A stretch of DNA of 64,000 nucleotides, taken from Babesia bigemina (Eukaryota). The DNA lies in assembly GCF_000981445.1 (NCBI RefSeq), contig NC_027216.1:496001-560000 (forward strand). Reading direction: 5' to 3'. Positions 10,971-21,913 of the stretch are shown here, one piece after another. The position numbers and the translations under genes were made by a program. The notes beneath the pieces are model-generated. The model ran no database searches. It had not been told where the DNA came from and saw only the letters and a list, made by a program, of their open reading frames with translations. Every line of letters begins with the position of its first letter. The stretch's first letter is position 1.

Positions 10971-11590
10971 TGGGCTACATGTCATGTTTATTCGTCTTGT
11001 CGTAGGGACTATGTTTTCATGCCGTTCATTAATTATGTGTTGATATAAGTGTAAATCCCCTACGCCTATTGTTGTAAACTTCTAATCGGTTAAACTAATA
11101 AGTGCAGCAGCAAGCAATGCCGTGGACGTATTTATAAGCTTATTCGTGGCCGTAGTGCAGGATTCCGCCCGGCAATCCGCCCATATCGGTAAATAGTGGG
11201 AATGTTTGACAAGCCATCCGTATGTCTGAGGAAGACCATCAGCATCGTGCATATCGGAATGACTAATCAAGACCGTCTTGTGTAAGAGACATGAGGAGGC
11301 GAAATCACGGAGACGGCGGAGTATCTCAGATGAACAGTTTCGAACCAAGTGCCTAGTTTCAATGCGCCAATCCATCCGACGTGGAACACGAAACCCAGGC
11401 TACTATGACTGTGAATAGTCACATTGCCCAAACTAGATAAATTCCGTTTTGGATGGCACCTGTTATGGTTGGCAACGGAACGGCGTGGAACCCGCACAAG
11501 TATCGGCGTGAGGCGGTAGCCCCGCGAAATCCAAAACCGGCCCTAGGCACGTAGCCACAAAGCACACTATATAATGAGAGAACATAATAA
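10923..11590 (+). repeat. ~665-bp direct repeat, copy A (last codons plus downstream region of the ves-like gene)
   Basis: Aligns by eye to 60203-60868: identical 10923-11010, a ~22-bp divergent patch, then roughly 14 substitutions over ~555 bp. Confidence 0.95.
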
Positions 11591-12025
11591 TGATTCAATC
11601 AGCAGGTTACAGCACGAGAAGTATGCCGCGAGCTCGAGCGACCTGCGGGTATCCGTCTCGGCCAGCCGCTTGCGTTCCCCCTCCAGCAGCATCGCCGTTA
11701 CGTAGATACGGCACTGGTCGATGTACTCGCGAGACCCTGCGCTGACCAGGAATATCCAATGCTTCAGCGCATGTCTGATTTCAGTTATCGTATCCTCAAA
11801 TGCACCAGCGGTGACGTGCGCATAGGTATGTCGATACTTCAAACTACTCGCGATTGCCTAGGTTGCGAAACTACAGGAGTTTGGCATGGACATGCGGCCG
11901 TGGTATTGGGTCTCACGAAACATTATTAGAACGACGAATGTGCAACGGGCCATCGGAAGAAATGAATTGAACAGCAATCAGATGCAAAAGTGTGTTCAAG
12001 GATCTTGTCGCTTTTAAGGTGCCAT

Positions 12026-15000
12026 TTAAGTGGTGTAGGCCAGGGTGAGCAGTCCTCGATACTCTTTCAGCGATCGTGCGAATAGGCGTTTGTAGGATAT
12101 ACGCTTGAAATAAACCTGCAGAGTATATCTAATCACGTGTCAAAACCCACATCGCAATGCCAGGCGTTCTGGCATGACGCGCTGCTCGCAGCACTGCCCG
12201 TGCAGTTCAGACAGATGTTGTTTACCGCATGAACCTTTTCTTCTAGCGCGTTCATCTCGTTCAGCACCTTCAACAGCGTCTGGCGTGGGTTCATTCGGCA
12301 TCCTTCACAGACCACCACGTGCATCTTGCCCTTTGTTGAATCCTCACATGATAAGACGTCCTGGTGAATCGTCGTGATACGCACCTCCTTTGAATGCAAA
12401 AGATCTGCTAAATTTTGTGAAATGTGATCTTTACGATCGTCTTTGACAACCTCGTTGTGGCCGGCAGTGCCCAACTTGACCTTACAGGTAGTGCCACAGC
12501 TGGTGCATCGTGCGAGCGGGTCCGTGTATTCCCATATTTCTCCCACCTTCTTGCCTGGTTCATCTACACGGCGAAAGCGTTCCTCCTTTCTCTGCTGCAT
12601 TTGTTGGAGTCGTTCGATTATGGTTGACGCGATGGGATAATCGGGATGTATGTCCAGAAGCTGCATGACGCGCTTTAGGGGAGGGAGAACCTGCTTTTTC
12701 AGGTAGTAGTCCACATCAATTTGATGCAGCGGCTGGCCTCGGCGTATTTGCTCCAGAACACACGCCATTGAGTTATGAGGCAGTGTTCGCCGTCCGTGCT
12801 CCTTCACAAAATCGGTAGGCCTGAATATGCCGTTGATCTCGTTGGGGAACACTGCGCCGCCCTTGACACCGCGGTAGACGTCCTCACGCGAAGTTGAAAA
12901 TACATGGGGGATGAACTCGTTCTCCAGCACCCTCCTACCGTAATGCTTATCCAGTTTGTGTTTGGCCACGATAGCGGCGGCAGGCAGCGTGCCCACCTGC
13001 CCAGTCAGCTCCTCTCGGTATGTGCCCAGCCTAACCTGGCGGTAGAGAATAAAATCCTTAGGGGTGTAAACCGATGCCACATTGCGGAATACAGATGCGA
13101 GTCCATCGTAAGCCATATCAAGCGTGCGATTCCTTAGTATGCAGTCGAGGGCCTGCCGTAAAATCTTTCGGGTGGCGTCGCACTCGCTTGTTCGCATCGT
13201 CTCAACACCCTGAGGCACGATGTCCAACAAGCCTACGCGACTGATACAACCCATGTTTGTGTAATCACACAATCACCATTTGCACTCACCTTATCGTCGA
13301 AGACCATTTTCCCGTTGAGGTGTATGAGCCCCAAGTAACGCTTCTTCGATACCAGAATGCACGGGCAATAGACCTTCTGGGGAACTATTTTGATAGGCTC
13401 CGGGATTGTGCTGTTTATCTTGTTAGCGATCTCTTCTGCCAGGGACTGCGCTTCGGCAACCGTTCTTCCCGGAAACTTGATGAAGATGCTGTCAGTATCA
13501 CCGTAGATGACCTCCGCGTCAAAATTGTCGTGTATCAATTCCATACACAACACAAGCAGTGCACGCGCGATCGAAACCACGGACTCTGCGAGGTCGGAGC
13601 ACGGCATGCGGCCAGAGTAGCCGGACGCAGTTAACCTGCGTCATGTGCCGGCCCAAACAATAACCTACCCCACTGAAAGGTTTGACAGCATCTTCAGACC
13701 ATACTGCTCTCTGTCCCACTGGCGTAAAATGCGCCCTTCTACTCCGGGACGCGTCATTGCGGCCTTGATCTTGCGCCTACTCTGCAGCACCGACGTCAGC
13801 ATGGTCGGGAGGAGCCCCTCACGCACGGACTTATCAACAAACATGACTCCATTGGGCATAATGTGTACGCCCACTGTGCCCTCTGGTATCGTTTTGTTAT
13901 CACAACGTCGTGAACTAACCTTCAGTGCCGGGCAGTTCAGCGTGCTTTGACAATATGCCCCTAAACACGCCCTCCTCCGGATGATACGTGACCACACCCA
14001 GCTTGACACGGTGGCGCCAGGTCTTGTGCTCCTGCGCAGAAATGAACATGACGCATCACTCGCAACCCACGCTGAGCAGACCCAGGCAAGTGCTGTAGCA
14101 GATGTTGTACGCAATGGTGATGCACGAGTAGAGTGATTGGAAATCCAACACTGCAACCGGCGCCAGGTGGAATCCGCTTATCGGTTGCATCACGATCGGT
14201 ATCGCAACTGATGGGCGCTGCTGGTGCACCTGACGTCGAGTTGGTGACGGCAACACGTAGTTAAAAGACTTCGTGAAACGAATCAGCACGCTCTCCACAT
14301 GGTACTGGCTGCCTCGCACGATGGTGCTCTTGAGATCGAGTCCATATAGCTTCGAGAAAGTCGTGTACCTTTGGAAGTACATCAACTTGTCGAAAGTGGC
14401 TATGACCGCATAGTTGCGCAACAGTGCGTACCGAATGGCCCTGAATCTATGCGGAGTTATCATGACGTCGTTGCCACGATTGTTGCGATGGTCACGTCGG
14501 TGGAGGCTCATTTGCACGGCATTGCGCAACCTATAGTTGCCATTTACGTGGCCATTGAAACCAGCGTTACCAGGCGCCGCCACAGCTGCATCCGCCTCAT
14601 GTCCTTTGGCATCGCCAGATTGAAGGAGGGAGACCTTTGTAGTCAACCACTTGTTCATGGTGTACATGGTGAACGAAGGCATCACATAATTGAACTGATC
14701 GCGAACTATGTTCTCCAGAGTCAGATTAGCGAGGTTGAGCTCACGCACAGCAACATCTGCAACGTCGAACAGCAACCTCCCGGCACTAAATAGCGGTTTT
14801 ACCTCGCTGTCACTCAGGTGCCGCTTCTTCAATTTGCTCCGCTGATGAGTCAGCAGAGTCGACATGTCTGTAACACGATCCCCTTGGTTACCGGAACCAT
14901 GCCGCAGCCGGGGTGGCACCCGAGAGATTGCTTCCAGGAAGTAGGGTATGCCCAACACTTCCGCCCTTTGGCTCAGGTACCCGATGGAACTACGCGCCAT

Positions 15001-17142
15001 GTCGTAGCCGTAGATGACGTTCGGGTCAAACTGGGATATGAGGCGGCTGACACTATCTATCAATGCCATCTCAGAGGGTACAAAGGATACGTCCACGTAC
15101 TTTCCCGAATTAATCTGACGCTCCACAACATTCATGTCCACCTCGCATCGTTGTATTAGTGCCATTCGATAGAATTCTTCTATATTTATACGCCTTGGCG
15201 GCGGCCGTTCCACGCCCGATACATCGACAACTATAGCACCCTGGACGTCGGCATATGGCACGCCGACAGCGTCAAAATGTGGAGCCAGACGGTGGTCTCG
15301 GAGTGTGTAGACCACCGCATTGATTGCGTTGACCTCAGGGTTGGCGTGGATACAATTGAGGTCGATCTCGGTGATGACGTCGAGCGCTATACCGCACTCG
15401 AAATTATCCGTCGTACCGACAATATCAGACACCGGCTCCAGAGCAATCGGCGGGTTGTTTTCACGCGCATGCTCAGACGCCATTACATTTGTTTGAGCTT
15501 GTGTATCTTTGACACTTAGCAACAAATTAGGGCAACGTGTTTGGCCCTTTCCACTAGGTTCATTAGTTTGCCTCGTCGAAACCGATTCACCATCAACTCG
15601 ACTCGGCTTGTTTTCTTTGCCTGATGGCACCTTTTTGCCGTCTTGCACATCTACAGAATCCGCATCCTCCACCTCAGGGGGCTTTATAGCATACCGATAG
15701 ACGTAGTACTGGTCCCCTTCGTCAGCCGGACGGTAATCTTGGCTGGTGTGAAAAAACGCAGAGCTGATGGTTATCAGCTCATTTTGCGTCGTCTTCTTCG
15801 GCGCCCGCTTCCTGCGCCCCTGGAGGTCGTCGCACTGCGACAACAGCTGCCTTAGGCGGGACACCACCGCCGGTTTCTTGTCCTCAGGCAACCCCTCCGC
15901 CTGCACCAGAAGGTAGCTGTAAAACTGCTTCAGCGTGTTCCTAGATGCATACGCGGTGAATGCCCGATCGTTGGTCTGGAACGGCGAGAAGCTAGACGAT
16001 TGCAGATGCGTGCACTGCTGCTTCCACTGTTCTGAGAAGGCGTGCCTGGCGCCCATGTACCTGCCGACAGCGTAACCGCGTTCTGTAACTTCCTGGCTCT
16101 GAGGGTCCGAGGCGTTGTGATACTCGAACACATTAAGGATGCTCGCTACATGGGCATCCACCTCCAGCTCGCAGCTGGAACGGCGCTGGTGGCTGGAAAG
16201 GAAGACGGAAGGCGAATCCCTTAGCACCGGACGCTCTACCGTCGCCAGGTCATCGGGGGTGTTCTTGATGCTGGCCAAAACGACCCGCTGCCAGAGAGGA
16301 TGCGCCTGAACCGAGTAATGCGGGTGCAACGGAAGTGGTCCCCGCATCTTGATGGCTGACGAGAGATAGATATGGTCCATACCCCTCAAATTATAATCCG
16401 ACAGGAAGTGCATCAGGTAGCTTATGTGAACCTCGTACGGCTGCAAACGGTGCTTTCTTATTCCGTGGTTGAACGCGTACCCTGCCAGGTGCTTCGTCAT
16501 GGAGGGGTTGTAGTGATGCACCTTCAGGAACTTGCGCGGCTGGGTGTGATACCCGTAGAAGATTACGTGCTCAACGACATCCACCCGATGAATGTACGCC
16601 GTGGTTGCTGTTTTCTTCTGACGCAAGATGGCCAGGCGATGGTAGCTTTGGCTGAGCAACCTGGACCTGCTGGAGAACCACCGTGAGGTCGGAAAGGAGT
16701 CCGTTTCCTCCGTTTGCGACGAATCCGTGCCACATGACGACTGTTTACTATCTTTATCGTCAGGGTTATCATTCGTGTTTGGCAACTTCGGCTGCAAACT
16801 ACCCCTCGAACGGCGCCCCCCTCTCAGCCGCCGTCTCTCCACCACAATTTTCCTAGCAGCCCTCTCCAGCACCTTGTGCGCCTTTTGCGCGAACTTGGAT
16901 GGCGCAACATTGTCGGGCACAGGTAAGTAGAAGTATGGCAGGTAACCGTGAATGTATAGGCAAACCTGTTGGCCGGCGGGCGTGCCGCCGAAAACACGGA
17001 TCACGGGCACCTCAACCACTGGCACCCCCGTGCTCGATACCTGCGGGTCGAATTCTATAGGCTTACACATCACATGGTCGTAGTAGACCAGTTGCACCGC
17101 CACACGGGCGTTGGAGCGGATGAACTCCTTGAACTCATCCAT
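12026..17142 (-). CDS. REV3: DNA polymerase zeta catalytic subunit (family B), multi-exon
   Basis: N-terminal VPVIRVFG...[61 protein letters not shown]-terminal CysA (CTSC..CEGC) and CysB (CLNC..C..C). GT..AG introns near 14032-14070, ~13883-13919, ~13636-13668, 13210-13289 and ~12116-12150. Stop TAA 12028-12026. Confidence 0.93.
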
Positions 17143-18193
17143 TTCCAGGCAGCATAACCGGGTAGTTCCAGCGATGTGTAGATATGTGACCGCCGCTCAA
17201 AACTCCTGTTCGCCGTATTCCGGTAAGATATGCAAGCAGCTGCTGCGTGGAGTCGGCGGCTGGGGTTCCGGCCCTAGCGTCCGCTGCCGCTCGTAGCACA
17301 TGGATGAAGTTGTCCAGAATCGAGCAGGCTTCGGAGCGGCACATGCGCGTAGACTTGCCGGCGGTTGAGCAGAGCCGGTTGAACAACTGGTGGATGTGGT
17401 CCTGCTGATGATGCCGCATGTACATGAGGTGACGAAGCACTGCAAGGGTGTCTTGGAAGCTTGCTGAGGCGATTTGTTGTTCTAGAACACTCCTGTGGTT
17501 ATGCGCCAGCAGGTGGGATATGCGAACGCGCCCGTCTATCGACGCGAAGTCAATCCACCGATTCGAGCCATTGAAAAACGACGCGCTCCTCTTGACAAGG
17601 TTGCAGAGGTACACGGTTTCCACGAGAAGGTCACCGGCAACTGAGTTGTAAACACCGCTGGTGTTCAAACTGCACTGTAGGGCACGTAGCTTGCCCGAAG
17701 TGTCATCAATAACTCGTTCGCACAATTCTGATGCGCCACCTTGTTGCGCGCAGCCTCTAACATCCCCCCCGCCCCCTGCCAATTGCTTACTGGTGGCTAG
17801 AGATGTGACTCTAACTAAATCGCGGTATCCACGCAGGTCTTCCGAGATCGCCTCTGCACGATGCCAGCAGTCCCGTAGCAGCGACTCCGCCGCGGCGTCC
17901 TGACCAATGGCGCTGAATGCGTAGCAAATAGCGGCAACGTCGGCTGCTGCAACGCCCTCCAGTTGGATGGAAATTGGGGAAAAGTGCTCCAACAGCGCCT
18001 TGCTTTTAGGGTGAGTCTCCAGATGGTTGTCAACGATGCATCGGACTATAACGGGCACCTGGCTAGGCGATATGTTCTGCCGCCTGTTGTAGATCTCGCC
18101 CAGCCGAGCGCTCCAGACGTGCGCCGAACGCTTGACGCTTCGTTTAGAAAGCTCTCCGAGGGAATGCAGGAGCGCGTCTAAAACTGTGGCCAT
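17135..18193 (-). CDS. Hypothetical helical protein, 352 aa
   Basis: ATG-initiated uninterrupted ORF, Leu/Ala-rich helical composition, no recognised motif. Its stop overlaps the REV3 ATG. Confidence 0.6.
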   Translation of the reverse strand: MATVLDALLHSLGELSKRSVKRSAHVWSARLGEIYNRRQNISPSQVPVIVRCIVDNHLETHPKSKALLEHFSPISIQLEGVAAADVAAICYAFSAIGQDAAAESLLRDCWHRAEAISEDLRGYRDLVRVTSLATSKQLAGGGGDVRGCAQQGGASELCERVIDDTSGKLRALQCSLNTSGVYNSVAGDLLVETVYLCNLVKRSASFFNGSNRWIDFASIDGRVRISHLLAHNHRSVLEQQIASASFQDTLAVLRHLMYMRHHQQDHIHQLFNRLCSTAGKSTRMCRSEACSILDNFIHVLRAAADARAGTPAADSTQQLLAYLTGIRRTGVLSGGHISTHRWNYPVMLPGNG

Positions 18194-18692
18194 GTGAGCC
18201 TACCCATGCAGCAGTCGCGAAGCCGCCCCGAATACCTGACCGAATGCCGGTGCTAAATTTACACCTTTGCACACCTTAGCACTGCCGTCAGTTGTTGCAG
18301 CCGCGCAAGACACTACATTGTGTCTAACATATCTAAAATGTGGGATTCGCGCTTCATCACCGCGGCGGTGCAGAACGTGGTCGGATTCCAACTGCAACCG
18401 CCTTTTGAGGCCCTTAAGGCAGCGATAATGATGCCGTTTTCCGCCCTTGTGAAATAGGGTGTGCTAGGATTGGGCATTATTTGACCGTCAGATATGTGCC
18501 GAATTAAGTCGTTGCGGCAACTTTGGGGTTTCTGTGGCATGAATGCGCACATATGCAGCCTCGTGAATGCTGAATTGACACCGATTTGAAAGCGACTAAA
18601 CCGTTCGCACGTGTCTTCTTTGGGCTTACCCGGTAGAACGGTAGCCGCGGCGCGGAGTTGCGTCGACGTCGAGGGCGCGTCGGCGGTAGCAA

Positions 18693-19773
18693 ATGCGCCT
18701 CAAGTTGTCCAGCTTCTGCGCTAAAAACAACATATGTAGCAAGAAAGAAGCCAAGAAACTAATTCAACTGGTACGTGAGCGTCGCCCAGCCTCATCCTGC
18801 TCAGGGTCACCTGAGGCTCCAAGGCGCCGTGGTACGCGAGGACACGCTAGTGAAGGAATCACTCTCACCCGCTTGCGTGTCGCTGCCTCAAAGGGTGCAA
18901 TCGATCGCATCGAACAAGGTCACCGTGCTCTTGCACAAGCCGGAATGCTATCTTTCGACGTACAGCCGCAGGGTAGGCGATGCATGGGTCGGCATTCACG
19001 GTGTTGGCAGACGCAGCTATGGTCGAAGTCACTGCTCGTGCCTGAAAACAGGTGCGAAAGCGACGTACAAAACAACCTCAATCCATCGCAACTTCGCCGG
19101 CTGCTGCCCATAAACCCGCTGGAGTACTCGACCAGTGGCCTGGCACTCTTCTCCGAGGTATGCCGATAGTGCCGTGATACGTGACCTGAGCGACGGTTGT
19201 CATGCTTATCAAATGTCTGTGTGCATTTTAATTGCCATCGAGATTCGGGTGTCTCGTGATGGTTATGCTTAGGCGAACTATCAGCGTTGCGTGAGAACGC
19301 CGCCTCGATGGCCGTTGGAACGTTTGCTGTTGCATTATATTCCCAATAGCCAATGTTGCGTGTTATTAACGCCAACACTACAGAATTTCGCTACATTTGA
19401 TTCACGCAGGACTCATCACTTATCAAGCGCTTCGCCGATTGCGAGGAGTGCTACCACGTGGTGTTTCGAGACCCGTTTACCGAACCGAAGCTCTTCGCGC
19501 TCACCAGCGAAATCTACATAGACGGAGTGCCTATTCCTCAGCTGAAAGTGGACCGCGTGAGCGACTTCTCGGCCCGTGTAACCACGCAAAGCGCGTCCAG
19601 CAAGGTGCGTGCCGTTTCCATGCCCGTGGTCACCTAGAGTGCAGCTGCGCAAGGCGTGCCGCTTAGCGGGGTTGGAAATACGCTCAATCAAGCGCATTCG
19701 GTTGGGCAACATCCACCTGGGGGATCTTCTGTGCGGCAGGTGGATGATGCTGCGCAAATACCAACTGACTTGA
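18693..19773 (+). CDS. RsuA/RluB/E/F-family pseudouridine-synthase-like protein with N-terminal S4 domain; 5 exons; probably catalytically inactive
   Basis: S4-like MRLKLSSFCAKNNICSKKEAKKLIQLG; LLHKPECY; PINPLEYSTSGLALFSED; C-terminal IRSIKRIRLGNIHLGDLLCGRW. Introns 18771-18804, 18973-19010, 19158-~19409, ~19604-19644. Confidence 0.75.
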
Positions 19774-19927
19774 GAGGAGCTCTGCTGGCTGCACGCTTGC
19801 GCGACGTGCCATTCGCCGCCTGCCAAGTGTCGGGGAGTTAAATCTGCTGGCGACATTCCAGTTGCAATCGCGTAGTGAACGCTCTGGCGTGCTCTCCTGT
19901 AAAAGGAGTCGCTAATCGGGCGTTGCG

Positions 19928-20418
19928 ATGCTGCGGCTCGCGGCAATTTTAAACACGTCCAAGCAGCACGGGTGGCGCTTCGAGAAGCTCAGACCGATTT
20001 TCAAGAAGTGGGTCCGCATCAACCACCCTCCACAAGTGAGGTCGCCTCTCGTGAAGCTCGACCCCGAGAGCAACAAGCTGCTCTACGTTTGCAACGGGAG
20101 GATATCACCCAGGTACTGCGCCAAGTTCGAAAAGTCCGCCAAGCACTTCATCAAGAAGGGCGACGTCGTCGAGACCCCCGTTTTGGCGGTGGTGAAGGGC
20201 GGTTCGCACGTCTTGCTGGAGACGCTCAGCATGGACGACGTCGAGCAGTTTGAGAAGCTGGTGCCGGAGATCAGAAAGGCCTTTGAAGGTGGGTGCTGCA
20301 AGTCTGTTTTTACGCGTTCTATGACCGTTTGCTGGTGACCAGCTATTGTGCTGTAGCGGCCGTTGGGGGACAGCCGCCTGTGCGACCCGTGCCTATGGCG
20401 GAAGAAGCGATTCCGTAG
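19928..20418 (+). CDS. Hypothetical basic protein (~140 aa), possibly mitochondrial
   Basis: ATG 19928, strongly GC3-biased codons, presequence-like start MLRLAAILNTSK. Intron ~20289-20356 gives stop TAG 20416-20418. Confidence 0.6.
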
Positions 20419-20564
20419 AGCGGGCGCTGAACTGCCACTGGGGTCCTCACGGTGCACAAGGTGCCTTTTATATACGCAAAATCACACGAACACCGATAAA
20501 TAACGCGCAGAATGCGAACGACAAGCACAGGAAACTGATGGAGCCGAGCACAGGGCTATAGACT

Positions 20565-21893
20565 TTACGATTTAATCAGCTCGATTGTATCTATGATTTT
20601 CAGCAAATGCGCACGCTCCAGGGCGGTACTCCATAGTGGTTTGCGCCCGTCGGAGGCGCTTATTTTATGCTTCTTGTTGCGCGCTCCGTAGGGGTCCAGC
20701 CGATACGCATCAGCTGGCAGCGTGTCGGGGCGCGCCTCCTCCTTGTAGAAATCCAGGCGGCGCACGACCCCCTTGCAGCTGCGAAGCACAAACGCCAGAG
20801 GGCGACGGTCGTGCGAGAAGCACTCCATGAGCTCACATATCACGTAGTCGCTCAGCGCAGTGACGGGCTCCTGCGGCGGCACCTCGGCCAAATCCGTGTC
20901 CTTGCCCACCCACGCGCGCAACATGGCGTCGTCGATGGGGGACACCGCGTGGCTGGCCGAGTCGTACTTGTGGATCACCATCCCGTGCTTCCCGAACTTG
21001 ATGGCGAAGGTCTCGCCGAAGCCGCGGTTCTCCTCGGAGTCAGACACGTCGGAGTCGATGGGCTCCACGGTCATCAAGGGCGCCACGGAGCCGATGAACA
21101 CGTGGTGCTTGAAGTAAGGAATGAACCCGTTCGCATTCACGTGGTAAACGAGCGAGTCGGGGACGTCGCTCTGGCGAATCGCCTCCAGGCACTCGGCCTC
21201 GTGTTCTGCCGAGGTCGTGCAAATCACCAGCGTGTGCTTCATGTTGCCGCAGTAGACATCCGTGTCGTTGGGGACTGCCACGTGACGCACGAACTCGCTC
21301 CCGTTGCTTATGACGCGGTTCAGCGGAATCTCCAACAGGCTGTGCGGTATGTACAGCAGCCCTCTGCAGACGTCGTTGTCGCAGACGCGGCGCTCCCGCC
21401 CATCCTTCTGCCGCATCACGCAGCGCCTGAGCATCGCCACGGTGTCCGCGGTACGCTTGCACGTGCACAGCGGCGGCGTGTATCCGAGCGGCGCGCGTTC
21501 GCGGTGCCACCGCCAGAAGTCGACGCCGATCTTCCCGCTGCGCTCCAGCATCTCCCCGTCCGGGCTCAACGGAGAGTAGTCGCCCGGCCGTATCGGGTAG
21601 TAAAAGCCGCTGAAGGGCTTCCAGTCGAGGTCGCGCCACAACATCGGCGGCTCCCGCTTGTCCCCCGGCCCGGCGGCCGCCGGCTCCTCCTCCTCCTCGC
21701 TATCTGCATTCAGAAGGCCGCTCAGCGAAGGATCACGCATCGAATCGCACCTCGAGAGCGCGTCCGATAGCCGCCAGTCCAGCTGGTGCTCCTCCCTGAG
21801 GAACAGCTGCTCGCGCAGCATGGTGAAGTACAGCGGCGCCTTCGCGAGCAGCCGCGACACCTGCGGCGCCGCGTCCTGCCCCGGCGCGGACAT
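20565..21893 (-). CDS. Hypothetical protein, 442 aa
   Basis: Long ATG ORF with coding-type GC3 bias and a Cys cluster (CTCKR..RRC..VCDNDVC). No family recognised. Confidence 0.7.
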   Translation of the reverse strand: MSAPGQDAAPQVSRLLAKAPLYFTMLREQLFLREEHQLDWRLSDALSRCDSMRDPSLSGLLNADSEEEEEPAAAGPGDKREPPMLWRDLDWKPFSGFYYPIRPGDYSPLSPDGEMLERSGKIGVDFWRWHRERAPLGYTPPLCTCKRTADTVAMLRRCVMRQKDGRERRVCDNDVCRGLLYIPHSLLEIPLNRVISNGSEFVRHVAVPNDTDVYCGNMKHTLVICTTSAEHEAECLEAIRQSDVPDSLVYHVNANGFIPYFKHHVFIGSVAPLMTVEPIDSDVSDSEENRGFGETFAIKFGKHGMVIHKYDSASHAVSPIDDAMLRAWVGKDTDLAEVPPQEPVTALSDYVICELMECFSHDRRPLAFVLRSCKGVVRRLDFYKEEARPDTLPADAYRLDPYGARNKKHKISASDGRKPLWSTALERAHLLKIIDTIELIKS

Positions 21894-21913
21894 CGGCTTA
21901 AAGATTACGGTGA

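Noticed and set aside
11267..11497. 76-aa ORF shared by both 665-bp repeats (also 60545-60775)
   Set aside because: GTG start, no motif; its conservation follows trivially from DNA identity.
2690..11590. Islands as transposable elements
   Set aside because: No transposase or reverse transcriptase, terminal repeats or target-site duplication seen.
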